NCBI GenBank assembly: GCA_043228905.1
Contig: JBHGNT010000001.1
Location: 31,930,001 to 31,994,000 of the forward strand
Direction: 5' to 3'
Length of the DNA stretch: 64,000 bases
Source of the DNA: Azolla caroliniana
Lineage: Eukaryota; Plantae; Polypodiophyta
Below are positions 24,376-37,796 of the stretch, piece after piece; positions within the stretch are counted from its first letter, which is position 1, and each line of letters begins with the position of its first letter. Position numbers and translations under genes: made by a program. A model generated the notes under the pieces. The model was not told where the DNA came from and did no database searches. It saw only the letters and a program-made list of their open reading frames with translations.

Positions 24376-25568
24376 GTAGAGAGAGGTAGAGAGAGAGAGA
24401 GAGAGGTCTATGCATCTAATTGTTCTGCCCTAATGTTGCAGCTGAATTACTTGAGATCCTTCGGTTTGGATGACGAGAATTTGGGTAAAGCTCTGGCATG
24501 CAAACCACAACTGATTGCTTGTGACATTGAGGAAGGCTGGAAACCTCTCATCAAGCTGTTTTATTACCTTGGAGTTGATGGTTATGGTTTAAGAAAAATT
24601 CTTGTAATTCAACCATCAGTATTCTGCCTCAGCCTAAGTACCAATGTTGCGCCCAAGGTTTTTCTCTGATTAATATGTACAGGGAATTACCAATCAACTC
24701 TATTTCTCTCATATTCTATTCTGTGATACAATGGAGCTTAATGCATAGGTGCGATTTTTACGTGATGTGGGTGTTAAGGAAGAAACAATCGGCGATGTGC
24801 TTGTAAAGTACCCTCCATTATTAAGCTACAGCCTCAATAACAAAATCAGACCGCTTGTAAGAAACAATTACCTCTCTCTGTTTATGCATGCATGCAGGTA
24901 GTTAGATGGTGTGTATGTCTGTAGGAAATGTGTCTGTAGGTAATGTGCATGTGTATGTATGCAGGTAATGCGCATATATGTATGTAAATGGCTCTCCTTT
25001 CTCTCTATGTGTGTATGTGTATATATATGCTGCCTACGTATATGGTCTGTTGATTAAAAGTGATTTTGTTCAGGTAATGTTCCTCTTAGAAACAGCAGGG
25101 GTGCCAATAGAAAAAGTGGGGAAGGTTCTATCTCTTCAACCAGAACTTGTTGGCTGTAGCTTGACGAAGAAGCTCGAGGTTATAGCGAAATTTTTTCTAT
25201 TTCACGGCTTTAGAAGAGAGGAACTAGGTGCAATGGTTGCCGACTTTCCAATGTTACTAAAGTACAGTTTGTCTACTCTCAAGCCTAAACTCAGGTACAT
25301 AATAAGAGTGATGGAGCTGCCACTTAAAGAGGTCGTCAAGTTCCCAAGGTAAGACCTTTGCATCACAGTATCTTTAGACGTAACACAATGAGTTTTAAGA
25401 AGCTTATGAACCTATGAGTTTGGCAGGGTATTTAGCTATTCTCTTGAAGTGCGGATTGCACCTAGACACAAGATGATTATGGAGAGAGGGCTGACTCATT
25501 TTGATCTTAGAGCAATGCTGGCTTGTACTGATGATGAGTTTATGAAAAAATTGGATAGTCCTCAATGA
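22644..25568 (+). CDS. MTERF2: Transcription termination factor mTERF2/EMB2219-like, chloroplastic
   Basis: Exons 22644-23197 (start uncertain; 22551 also in frame), 23322-23727, 24442-24657, 24749-24856, 25074-25348, 25427-25568. Motifs FVDHIMIECAAL, RWLKH, FGTMVYNFP, WKPLIKLFYYLG, ADFPMLLKY, FSYSLE.RI.PRH and MLACTDDEF follow the recalled At2g21710 sequence. Confidence 0.9.
23905..24262. repeat. ~135-140-bp tandem repeat, about 2.5 copies, in mTERF intron 2
   Basis: GTGGAGATTTGAGTATGACACTT recurs at ~23945, 24087 and 24219. Confidence 0.85.
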
Positions 25569-27098
25569 AACATAAGACAAGGTTTGGAGGCTGACAACTT
25601 TTGTATACGAGGTTTAATCATCAAAACGATGGTTCTTTGCTATCATTCCTTTCTTCAATAGAGGTGGTGGTATTGGATGATGATATACAAGTCTTGTATA
25701 GGAAGAGCGTGATTGTATTGACCTATTCATGTATAGGTGGTTTTGTACGGACCACAAAAACTATGTATTATGTGAATTCCAAACAAGGATTGATCATTGT
25801 ATTGCCCAATGCTTCTAATTATTAGATTTAACTCATCTTCAAAGAACTTATAACGAGAATGCTTCATCTCCATCTTCTTGAAAACCAAACATCAAGTCTT
25901 GAATAATTTCTTCTTTGTCATGTATCTTCACTCTATTTATGCTTACAAAATTGGGGTTGAATTGTTCTTGTTTTTATGTGCTCAATGATAGTAGAGTGTG
26001 AAGGCATAAATACGTGAGTTATGTACATGTACATGGCATTTCACTACATGTTAACAGAGAAAACATAGGGAAGAAGCATATTGCTTAATGAAGTATTTAG
26101 CTCCATGAACGCACACATAAGATTGTTGATTCATATAAATTCTGATATCAATATTACTTGTTACTTAAAGAAGCAATAGTGTAAGTTAACAAACAAGAAG
26201 CATAATTTGAGTGATGTTAGGATGTGTCTTCAATGAAAGGACGCGGTATGCTATAAAGCCAATGCCCACAAGTTGTTGGGTCTCTTTATTTGGCATCATA
26301 TGGGTTGGGTTCATCATTGATGCTTGAATTCCAAAGCCACATGTTTGGATATGGACGCCAAAAGTTGCATATGCAACATCAGTCTTAGGCCTAAATGCAA
26401 TATCTATGGATGTATGTGCTTATAGTGCAATGTAATGTGATCTTTTCCATGGACAATTTTAGAAGGAACAAAGACATCCATGTTTAAAACTTTCTTGTTA
26501 TATTTCATAACATGAAGTTATGCTTAGTAGGTTGCCAACCTGATGCATTATATTGTGTAAGTACACATTTATTAATGGGCATTGGATGTTCACTCTATTT
26601 TATCACCAATTGTTGGCGTTAGGCTCATTAACTTGAGTTGTCTATAGCAATGAGCACTCCCATTAGCATGTTGACTTATTTAGGATACAGAAAATGAGAC
26701 CTCAGATCAGGTGATATGAACATTGAGAGATTGAAGTATAGTGAATCAATGGCTATATCTTAATCACATTATCTGATTTGCAACAAGGCTTGTCCTTGAG
26801 TCGACGAAAGAGGAGGATATAAGAAGGTCAAGGACATAATATTTATCTTGCTTTTAAAAGTGGTCTACGGACCATTGCTAGTGTTACTTTGATATCTCCC
26901 AAGAAAACGTCTAAGAGCTTTATAAAATTGTGCTAACGTAATCCTATGAGTGCCTCCAAATGCTTTAGATGACTCGGGATCATTGATGTATTCCTTGCAC
27001 TACATTTCTGCGTAGACATAAGGAGGGAGGACATCCCTTCCCACATTGCAACATTCACATCTTTCCAAGTACTAAATCCACTCATGCATAGTAAGGAA

Positions 27099-27372
27099 TC
27101 TTGGCCTCGCAACCCACCTTCTCTAGCTACAGTTCATTCCAATGTCTAACCAGGTTACTCGGAGGGAACATGTCGTTCATCTTTCTTCGTGATTAACGAC
27201 TACATACCATAATAAATAAAGAAAACCTTGGCCTCGCAACACACCTTCTCTAGCTACAATTCACTCCAATGTCAAACCAAGTCACTCGCGGGGGGGGGGG
27301 GGGGGGGGGCGGGCATGTCATTCATCTTTCTTTGTGATTAACGACTACATACCATAATAAAGAGAACCTTGA
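27099..27372. repeat. ~127-bp direct duplication upstream of RPS21; second copy carries a G20 expansion
   Basis: CTTGGCCTCGCAAC.CACCTTCTCTAGCTACA...GTGATTAACGACTACATACCATAATAAA occurs twice. Confidence 0.88.
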
Positions 27373-27648
27373 ACTATTTCCCACCTTCATGAATCCACAT
27401 TTGGACCCTCACAAACAACATCAAGGAAACACATATAAGGAAGTATGTATGTAGATGGGGCTGATGAGTAAACCAAGTGTGGAGGTGGACATTACAGTGT
27501 GAATAGGGGCTGACATTAGGGTTCTCTTACTGCAGGCGTGACAAAACAGAGAGAGAGCCAGCGAGCGAACGGTAGAGAGAAAGATAGAGAGATCTGTTGC
27601 TAGGGTTTAAGTTTAGTTTAGTTCCACTGGTCTATCTGAGTTCCGACG

Positions 27649-28513
27649 ATGCAGAACGAGGAGGGCGAGAACGTCGATCTCTATATCCCAAGGAAGTGGT
27701 ATGTTCTTCACGCTTTGTCTACAAATTCTTTCCTCTGTGAAAAAGTATTTGCTTCTCTTTCATGATCCTGCGTAATTTTGTCCCAGTTCTAGGCTTCTAT
27801 TGCATGTATAGTTCCCAAGTAACACTACCCATAAGCACATGCCTGTACACATCCATATATTTCTGGTTTGAGCTCTAGTCTGTATCATCCTTATATATGC
27901 GTTTCCTTGTTCATTTTAAAGTTGTATACATTTAGATGTGCATGCGTGCTTATATACGCGTATATCCATATATGCAGCTGGTGGTCCTTTTCTTCGCAAG
28001 ATGCTTGAATATTTTTCTATCTGATGCGTTTTTCTCCAGATGAAGAGATTAATGTTAACTTGATTTTTTTATTAAATTTGAATAGTTCTGCGTCCAATCG
28101 ACTGATCACTGCCAAGGACCATGCATCTGTTCAGATTAATGTTGGCCATTTAGACGAGAATGGTCTGTATACAGGGCAATTCTCCACTTTTGCGTTGTCT
28201 GGATTTGTTAGGGCTCAGGTAAGTCAATGAAAAAATCTTGTAATTGATGAATAGTATCAAAGGGGTATTTTTAGATATTCATGTTTTTTTCTGCTGTTAA
28301 GTGTATTTTGTACCGTTTTGGTGATTCGCTTTGTTGGACCTACTAAATTATCTCTCTCTCTCTCTTTTATAGAAGTGTATCTTGTTGTGTCCCTTGTAAA
28401 TGGTCAACCCTCACTTGAATTTTTTTAATACTTTTGGGATAATTTTTTAGGGTGATGCTGACAGTGCATTGGATCGACTGTGGCAAAAGCAAAAGGCTAA
28501 GCTGGGACAGTAA
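27649..28513 (+). CDS. RPS21: 40S ribosomal protein S21 (eS21)
   Basis: Exons 27649-27698 ([17 protein letters not shown]), 28086-28218 ([26 protein letters not shown]...ALSGFVRAQ), 28451-28513 ([20 protein letters not shown]). Telo-box TAGGGTTT at 27601. Confidence 0.98.
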
Positions 28514-30664
28514 TCTTGTGTTTCTGGGAATTTTCTTAGAAGATTTTAAATGCTTAATCTAGATCGAAACATGTATGTCACTGGATGCATGTAACCGGAA
28601 CTTTATTCTAATATATTGAGCCTATGTTCATTGTTCAGGTGCTCTGTTTATTTGCCTTTTAAGAAATGTAATTTTATTTGTTCTTCAAATGACAGATAGT
28701 TATGTTTTGGTATGTTCGGAATTGTAGTGGGCTTTCTGATTCCCTATTTATAATGGAAGAAGCAAACTGATAATTGCGTGTTTCTAACAATGATGGTAGA
28801 AACACAATGATGGCGGTGAATATTATTTTAATTTGGTTACTGCCAAAAACTAAATTTGCATAAGTAGTCTATTTTCAAATTGAATCCTAAAGATAATTAT
28901 GATACACTATAAGCATGTAAAACTTGCTGATGCAAAAGGTTTGATTTTTTACTGCCTTCAGCTGCATCAAATCCAAGTCCTTATTTCTGTCTGGCTTGGA
29001 TCCAGAATTTGTAGTGGCCAAGATTTCTTTTCAGTGTAACAGGATATGCTAATGTTTAGGATATGAGATCCATGATGTTTAGCAATTTAGGTGTACTATT
29101 TGGCCTGATTTAGTATGCTTTTGGAGTATCCGTGTATGAACAAAAGAGATTTTTTTTCTTCCTGTTGACAAAGGAGAACTAGGCATTCTTGAGTCCTCAT
29201 CACCAAGCCACTATTCTTGAAAGGTTTCGACTTTACTGGTAATGAAATGAAGTAGTTGGTTGTCCTGGTAGAGTAGATGAGTTATATATGTTTGTTACCA
29301 CCCGTGTATTCAGCTGCACCATCAGGATGATACAAGGCACCCACCCCATCTAATACACGACCTAGTGCTAGGCTTGTCTTTCGAAAAAGTTTTTTGATAC
29401 TCACATCTTGTTCTTTCATGAACTCTATTCTTCTAATGGGCTCAATGATTAGTTTGTGTAACTCAAATGTCCCATAACAAAATGGACAGATGAGAAATAT
29501 CTGAATGTGGTAAGGATGAATTGACAGATTATAATAATAGCTACCACATAATTCCTCACACTAAAAGCAAGTCTCCGCTGCTGGAGTTGGTTTTTTGCTC
29601 CATCTCCTCATCAAACCTCTCCTCCAGGTACCTCACCTGGATCATCCCAAGTCTCTGCCTCTGCCTCAACATCATCTTCTTCTTTACTACAGTCATAATA
29701 TCATCTCTTCTTATATGTCTTCCCCCCTGTTCTTGTTCCTGTTCCCGATCCGGCTGCCACCTCTACCAACATATTCTTCACATTCTCCTCCTCTCCACCT
29801 CTATTAGTGTATATGTCTCGCCCTCTCTCTGCACTGCTGTTCCCATCTTTGTGGGCCAATTGATGAATGTGTTATAAAACCTCGCTGATGATGACCTAAG
29901 GTGTCATCCCCATTTTGGCCGTCTGGGTCTGACCTGTTAGTTTTCTTCAGGACATTATTATTTGGAGCAAGACATGATGTGGGGGTATGAATAGCATCCT
30001 CATCAACATGCAGAAGACATGCATAGGAACAACGTTCATATAGGATATAATACGTTATCTTATGCGCATGATTGCGTAATGAGCTTACAATATAATTAGT
30101 ACCTTAGTTAAACGATTATGAGATTACTTAAAACTGCTATTTGTTTAGTGATTCCAGTTTGAAGGTTGCAAATACAAGTCTCAATTTACCGATTTTATGT
30201 TAAGTTCATGTTATGATAACATCCACCAGTAATGTGTTCCTGCCAATGCTAATAATTTCTTGTGCATTTTGTGTGGTCAACTCAAGAGTGATGTATCAAG
30301 CAACAAAATCACTAAGGGATGAGGACTGTGCCAAATAACTAAGCCTCAATACAAACTAAATATGAAGAAGGCTCAACAATACAGGGGACCATTAACAAAA
30401 CCTAATAGAACACATGATTAGCTTTTCATTTTTGGAGGATTCTCCAATGACAACTCACCCCTGAATGTGTCACTGAGGATGGAAGTGAAAACTCTACTCA
30501 AGTTATATATGTACATAACTTAAGAATATTATATACAACCACCGACTCAGCATGAAAACTTGTTAGACAAGTTTAACACCTCTCCCTTCAGTATGCTTGT
30601 TTTAGCTGAAATTCCTTATATAATTATGTAATACACATTCAAACTGAAATACACAGCTTAAACA

Positions 30665-30810
30665 GCATTGATACTAGTGTTCCATTATCGTCAGAAATCT
30701 ATGCACTCCTTTCTTAAATCCTGAATATCAGCAAAACATTGATACTTGTGTTACATCATTGTCAGAAATCTATGCACTCCTTTCTTAAATCCTGAATATC
30801 AGCAAAACAT
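30665..30810. repeat. ~73-bp tandem duplication in the DUF3783 3' region
   Basis: CATTGATACT.GTGTT...GTCAGAAATCTATGCACTCCTTTCTTAAATCCTGAATATCAGCAAAACAT occurs twice. Confidence 0.88.
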
Positions 30811-30862
30811 ACAGAAACAGTCATAAAAAGAGATGCTTGCTTCTAAATGCCATCTCCTATAA

Positions 30863-33800
30863 TCAGGTATTTAGTGTCTGCAAGAAACAAGGAACACAGA
30901 ATTACATTAATGAGAATCTAAAGGTCATTGAGAAAGATAAAAATCCAAACAAAAAAGGAAAAAGAAATACCAAGCGTTCATGATCTCCCATGATCTCCTC
31001 CATCAATTCTTCTATTGATTTCTGGGCATTATTGGGTAGCATTGCAGCAAAGACTACAGCCCCAACCTCTACTCATAGCACAAAGAAAGAGCAGCAGTTG
31101 GGCATAATTTAGCTTAAATAGGTTTGCAAGCAAATAAAACAAAATATTAAAATATAATGGATCTACTACTAACGTTTAATCTACTATACCATTTACTACT
31201 CTAGTTTTGTTGGCTAATAAGCATTAAAGCAATGAACATAATCGCGATCAAAGGAAACTTCCAATTTTCTCTCACAAGTTCATCAGCGAACAAAACTAGA
31301 CACAACATAGACATGATAGTGGATGATTTGATTTTGAATGGATAAAAAATGAATTCTAATATTTGTTCAAGGTACCAGCCGGAAAGAGAATAGCATTCAG
31401 AATATGCGCAATCAAAGCAATAGGAAAGACACTTGCCTGCTTCTGGGAATGCATCCACAAACATCATAATCTCCTCTCCAGTGAGACCTGAAAGAAAACA
31501 AATACGCGGAGCATCGTTTACAGCCTGCAAACATTATATTGGCATAGGATTAGCATTTAATATTCAAAAAACAGAAAGAAGAGAAAATTACCAATATGCC
31601 ATAAATATTGAATGCTAATCATATGCCAATATAGTTCCCCGAAACTTCAGAACAAAATTTTAAAATTACCAAAATACTCTTAAAGCAATTTATACATGAT
31701 TCAGAGTTAATGAAAAAAAATAGTGAATCACCTTCACTCAAGCACTAATCAGCTCCAATCAACAACTAATCACTCCCAAGAACATATTAGATCATCCCAA
31801 ACAAGCACCAACACCTAATTAACCTTCAAGAATGTCCACAAAAGCTCCCAAAAACACTAATGAAGGTATTAATTTCCTCTATTGAGCTCTAATCACATCA
31901 TCTAAGAGAGAACTACCAATATGACATTAATATTTGAGAAATTCCCAAAAGCAAAAAAGTAAAATTTCAGAATTACTGAAATATCATTAAAGCAATTACA
32001 ATAATTCAGAGCTAAACGAAAATTTGGTGAATCGCGCTGAATCAAACAGTAATTAGCTCCAATCAACAGCTAATCACTCTAATGAGAATATTTAACTCAT
32101 CCTAGTCAAAACTAATACTCAATTAACCTTAGGAAATCTCCATAAAAACTCCCAAATACACTAATTCAGTTCTTAATTTCTTCTATTGAGCTTTAATCAC
32201 ACCATTCTAGTGTTAATCACCAGTAATTCAATGTTAATAACCTCTAATTAAGTGGCGGCACTCAATCACTACTAATATTTTGGAAGGAGTTTTGGTGATT
32301 TTGTATGCACTACATCGAAACTTTTCACATCATCTCTTCATTCTAGGATTTCCATCACAAATATCAACTAGTAGAGAAATACAAGAGAGTTTATAAACTA
32401 AATACTCATCGAGCTTTGCAATGTCATCATCATTAATTATTAGGCTATTTGCGTAAATGCCCCCCTTATTTTCATTGTGAGAATACACAGCCCTAAGATG
32501 GATGACAAAAAGAGGGAATAGAGGAGTTTTTGACGCCACCAATTTCAGCACCAATTTCAGTACCACTCTTGCATCTGAGCACCACTACCACTTGTTTTGG
32601 AGCATCATTCTTAGATTTGAATGAGAGTTTTGGAGGTCCTGCTTCAGAGATATGTACCATTTCTTTCCTCAAGAAACGTTTTGTGTTCTTTAACTCTCTG
32701 AATTTCTATTTCAGAATATTCTTTACTCAAGACTTAATCTCATAAACATAGTAGCTACTACAGAAAATAATTTTTTTGCTTCCTATATTCGTGGTGGATT
32801 TGGCAAGCTCCATAGGCAATGAATAGTCTAGAAAAACTGTCTTTTGCCAAGGCAGTTTTTATAGACTATTCATTGCCTATGGAGCTCGTTTGAGTGGATT
32901 TGGGAGTTGCAGACAGTTTGTGGAACTAGCTGCCAATCTTTTGAATGGTTAGTATTGGGCATTTACTCAGAAAACTAATGATATTGATTTACAAGAAGTT
33001 TATTCCTTATTGCCTTTGCTGTCATTGATATTGAGAATGCAGAGGATTGGACATGGATTTTGCATTTGTATCACAGTAAGGAAAAGGTTTGGATAGAAGA
33101 ATCACAAGGGGAGCCACACAGCCAAGTAGTCACAGCCCAAATTTGGGGTATCATGACAATTTCTAAAAAATTAAGGGTATTCTCATGATTATTGAAATAA
33201 ACAGGGGTATTTTCACAAATATACATTGATTATTTAACAGGAAGAAAATAGACTTCTGATCAAATACATATATAGAAAACTCTGTATGCACCTTTACTTC
33301 ATTCAGCAGTGGTTGAGATGAGTGCATTGCCTCCCACAAAGTCCCTTTGATCATTTCTTTTGTACAAATGATCACCTGTAGATTGGAAGAGTAAGGAAAA
33401 CTTTCTCTTCAAATTGTTCTTCACTGGACTTCTACATTGTGACCATTCAGACATCTGTAGCAACTAAATTTCTCAGACATTCTAAAAATCATACCAACTT
33501 GATGTTAAATTTAACAATGAAAAACGTCTAGAAAGCATTCAGATTCTATGTCTATTTACGTAAGCCAGATATGACACTTTAATTCATCTTTGCTGTAAGC
33601 AGAAGTCATTAAACGTTTTCACATAATGGCTACTCACTATTTGCACTACTATAATCAAGAATTAGGTTCTAATCCTTACACTTGCACACTTTGTTAATGA
33701 CTAAATCATGTTTCTCATTTCTTTTCAAAAAAGAAGGGCGATTGTCTCATACAAAAGGATTAGGTTTATCATGCTATATATGTTGATAGTATCACATTGT

Positions 33801-36800
33801 GTGGTTCTGAAGGAAGGGGTGTAGAGTATGAAGAGTTTGGAGCATAAGACCTTTAGAGTTACATATTGCAGGCATATTCTGCGCTTAAGGAATGTAACAG
33901 GACATAGTACCACAGTCACTCATGTTGTCCATTATTGTCATATTCATATTCTCATGCATATTATCTTCCACAAATAATGCTTCTTTTCATAGTCTTATCC
34001 TTGAGCTTATTATCTTCCACTAATAATGTGTTTCTGACTCTACTTGATCCACTATAGATTCTCAATTCAGCATCAGCAGTGTTGTACACCATCAATCCAT
34101 TGGTTCAAATCACTCCACTTCCCATAATCGAATGTGGTTTGTCTCCATACTCATCTTACATCATCCTTTCCACTCATTTATAGCATTATCAAAAAACTAC
34201 GATCTATGATATGCACTTTCCACTCATCTATAGGATTATAAAAAATCTACGGTCTATAATATGCACCAATAAACTACTCATCATGAGTAATACCCAAAGT
34301 TTATATACTGACAACTATTTGCAGAGGCAATGCTACTTAGAATACCCTCATAGCCAAAATCAAGAATCTCATTTATTATCCACGTAGCACAAATGAATAT
34401 CCTCCCCTCTCACGTATCTGCACGCACAAACTTTAAGACATATGTATGTGTATATTTGTCAATGTTTTCACTTTCATAACAACAATATTGTTTTACTGAC
34501 CTTCAGGAAATCACCTCCCATGTTTTGCAAAAACTCTTGCACCTGATGAATTAGTTCAACAAGAGTATCAATTTAAAAAATAAGTTCATTTCAAGTATTA
34601 AAGGCATTAAATATAGGTATCAGATACAGAATTCCTAGAATGCCAAATCCAAACAACAGTGAAATATGCTCTAGAGATTTAAAAAATGTTATGACACAAC
34701 CCTTGAATAATATCATAGAAACCTTGCATGAACCAGATAAATAACTAAAACAAGGTAATAGTTCTCCAACATACTATAAGTCTCAAAAGTTTTCATTCCA
34801 CAATAAAATATAGCTTCCGCCAATTGGTGTTGCATCAGAGATGAAATTAATGCAGGTACCAGGACACTGTTTCAGGTCAAAACCTTTGAATGTTCCATAT
34901 CCTATTTCAAGGATCAAATCAGTTTGGGTTATAGCAAGGTAATGCACCGTGGATTGACCATAATGATTATAGTTTCCATGGGAGGGATACAGATACACAA
35001 GCCTTAGTGATTGATTAATTACTTAGTTGACATTGTTTAAAAGTGAGTTTAAGTGGTTGATTTAAGTGATTTCTCATATCAATAAGATCGAGATTCTGAC
35101 ACTTTGTAGAGTGATAAGTAATCTCTCAATCAAGATGATGAGAATGGCATCGTTTTACAGAGATATGTACACAGGAAAAAATTGAGTAACTCAAGTAACC
35201 CTTTGTGGATCACTCCTATCTGTTACTTTATCACAACTCAGTACCTAGCTACTATTTAGGGATTTTGAGAGATTATTTGCATCTATTGTGACATTGACAT
35301 TTGAGCTATGCTGCTAGAAGGAAAGAACAAAAATTTTGTTGACATAATCCTTGTCTGAGATTACAAAAAGACCTGGACATAAAAAATAATTATTATGATT
35401 CACAATGATGTTCTTTACAGTGGAAAAAATAAACTGCTGGCATGCTAATGATGGTGCATTTAGTTGCGTTAACTAGAGAGTTCATACTAATAATATAAGC
35501 AGTTATTTTGAGTAATGAGGAAAGGTGAGAATCATTGGAGATACCTTTACTACTTCTGCATAAGATATCCCAATCAGAAGTACTGCCTGTATTCAACAAG
35601 AAAACGTGATTATATTAATTTCAGAAGAACTGTCCACATTCAGAGAGAACATATGGCCACATTTACAGCATAAGTATTCTGTATTGAAGTATAATGTTGA
35701 ATGAAACTATTTCTGAATAGGACATCCTGATGAGAGATATTGTCATCACAATAATGTGAATTGCATACGTTACAAATTGATCATTCACACTCAATACATG
35801 AACTGCATTTGAAGACAATGCACATGGAAAACATGATTATATTAATATCAGAAGTATTGTCCATATTCAAAGAGAACATATGGCCACAATTACGGCATAA
35901 GTATTGTCTGTATTGAAGTATCACGTTGAATGAAACTATTTTTGAATAGGACATCCTGATGAGAGATACTTTCATCGCAATAATGTGAAATGCATACCTT
36001 GCACATTGACCACTCACATTCAATACATGGACTGCATTTGAAGACGATGCACAGGGAACACTATCCATAACAGTAATAGACGACCTTCCATTGGGAACGC
36101 TGTGAACTTCTTCAGCATCCATGACGAAGATGAAGTCTTATGCAAAATTATAGCACAAACATGATATACAAAAATACAGACACCAAAACATAATGTTCTA
36201 AGAGTTACTTCACAAGACATTCGTGATTATGGTCTATCGTGGACAACCCATCCAGAACAATTTGACTGACACTACTTCCCATCTTCATAGGACTCTTCCA
36301 GCTTTCTTCCAGCTAATACAGACTTTCAAATTTCATTGCATTATTCGTTAAATGGGAGGCACTTCCAAATTAAGTGCCCTTTTGAATAGCCAACTAAGCA
36401 TAACAGATTATTTGATCAAAGCCTGAAGAGAGTTAAGGATTCCCTGATACACTATCTTAGAATATTCATATGCCTTATAGTATATAACAAACAAACATAG
36501 AAATTTTAATAGGAATTACAGAGAAAAGGAGATCATGTTTCATCACTTAACAATGTTTTTTCCATTTTCTAGCATTTCCTTGATTTCAATCTAGCATATA
36601 TCAATGGTTAGTTAGATCCGCCTTTTACCTTTACATCTTCTTAAAGCTAATGTGTAATATATATATCTGTCGTAGTTAATTTCATAACATTTAAGTGATG
36701 ATGAGACGTGATTAAAGTTTAAACGTTAGACAACACATACTAGGGTCGCTTTCAAAGGTGAATGTCACATTTCACATCGTCAAAAACTTGAATATGCATC

Positions 36801-37796
36801 TTCATTATAGTATATTTACTTACAGGAGGACCAAATTGTGGAACATCATTATTAAGTGGAACAAATTTGGCATCCTCCAAAAGTTCTGATGGTAGTTCTG
36901 CTGCATGGTCGGGATACTTTAATTTAGACATGTATATCAACAAGAAAATCAATATCAGAAGGGAAACTAAACTGACACTCCATCTTGGTTTCTAAATCAC
37001 TTTGAGATTTGTCAATCTTTCCCATCTTCACTATTTTTCCCAATTGAGCAAGATTTAAAACAACTGAAGCGTGAGGCGCTTTGGATTTTTAATTCCATGT
37101 TAATCTTTACTAGCCTCAAATATTTTCATTATTTAAATGTGATTAGGCATTATAAAGCATCAAACTTGCGATCTTTTTAAAGGGAAATCAATCAACAAAC
37201 GGAATACTGAAGAACTCGTTTCAGAATCAGCATAGCAGATGCAGACGAACAAGGTAAACTTCGTTTAAGATCGACCAAGGTAGACTTAGTTTTATATATC
37301 TTTCTTCAATAGTTATTTTCTTGATGCCATTTGCCTCTCGTTTCACATGTTTTTAACTACATTATCACGTCAATGCCTTTGTCAAGCTTTCAACCATTAT
37401 CATGTGATATCTTCAACGAGCCAACTACCATTACTATGTAAGATCACCAACGTCATCAACGTGCTAATCACAGTGATTACCTTTGGATCAAAAGAAATAC
37501 ATGGATATTATATGTGGTTCGCCAATAAAATTTGATTCTTTTTGGATGTGTACGCAGAGAAAATGGAATCAAAACGCACCTTCTGGTGAAGCTCGAATCA
37601 CTGGGAAGTTCAAGGTACAAGTATGGCCAATACGGTACTGTGGCTTACTTGAAAGCCGAAATGATATGTTGCATGATCTACTCCCATGTCGATTGATGGA
37701 CTTGAAACGGGAAACGCGGGGTAGAACACAGCTGCAGTGTGCTAAAGATAAGCTCGCCATGCTCTTGCAGCAGAGAGGGAGAGACTGGGGCAACAT
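30863..37796 (-). CDS. DUF3783 family protein, predicted plastid-targeted (At3g10405-like)
   Basis: Exons 37796 (or 37760)-37580 (transit-like), 36900-36824 (ELPSELLEDAKFVPLN..PQFGPP), 34542-34501 (VQEFLQNMGGDFLK), 33375-33292 (VIICTKEMIKGTLWEAM), 31524-31437 (PRICFLSGLTGEEIMMFVDAFPE; GC donor), 31068-30971 (VFAAMLPN...EELMEEIMGDHE), 30877-30863. One expected short exon was not located intact. Confidence 0.85.
31580..32210. repeat. Diverged ~310-330-bp tandem duplication in a DUF3783 intron
   Basis: Shared blocks TTAAAGCAATT, GTGAATC, AGCTCCAATCAACA.CTAATCACTC and TCTATTGAGCT.TAATCAC occur twice. Confidence 0.75.
32806..32886. repeat. Near-perfect 38-bp-arm inverted repeat (81-nt hairpin) in a DUF3783 intron
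   Basis: AGCTCCATAGGCAATGAATAGTCTAGAAAAACTGTCTT-TTGCC-AAGGCAGTTTTTATAGACTATTCATTGCCTATGGAGCT; 36 of 38 positions Watson-Crick complementary. Confidence 0.95.
35600..36055. repeat. ~230-bp tandem duplication in a DUF3783 intron
   Basis: GAGAACATATGGCCACA...GCATAAGTATT...GAATGAAACTATT..TGAATAGGACATCCTGATGAGAGATA...CAATACATG.ACTGCATTTGAAGAC occurs twice. Confidence 0.9.

Noticed and set aside
26690-26815. Possible LINE C-terminal remnant (LICNK...VDE)
   Set aside because: Too degenerate to support without a search.
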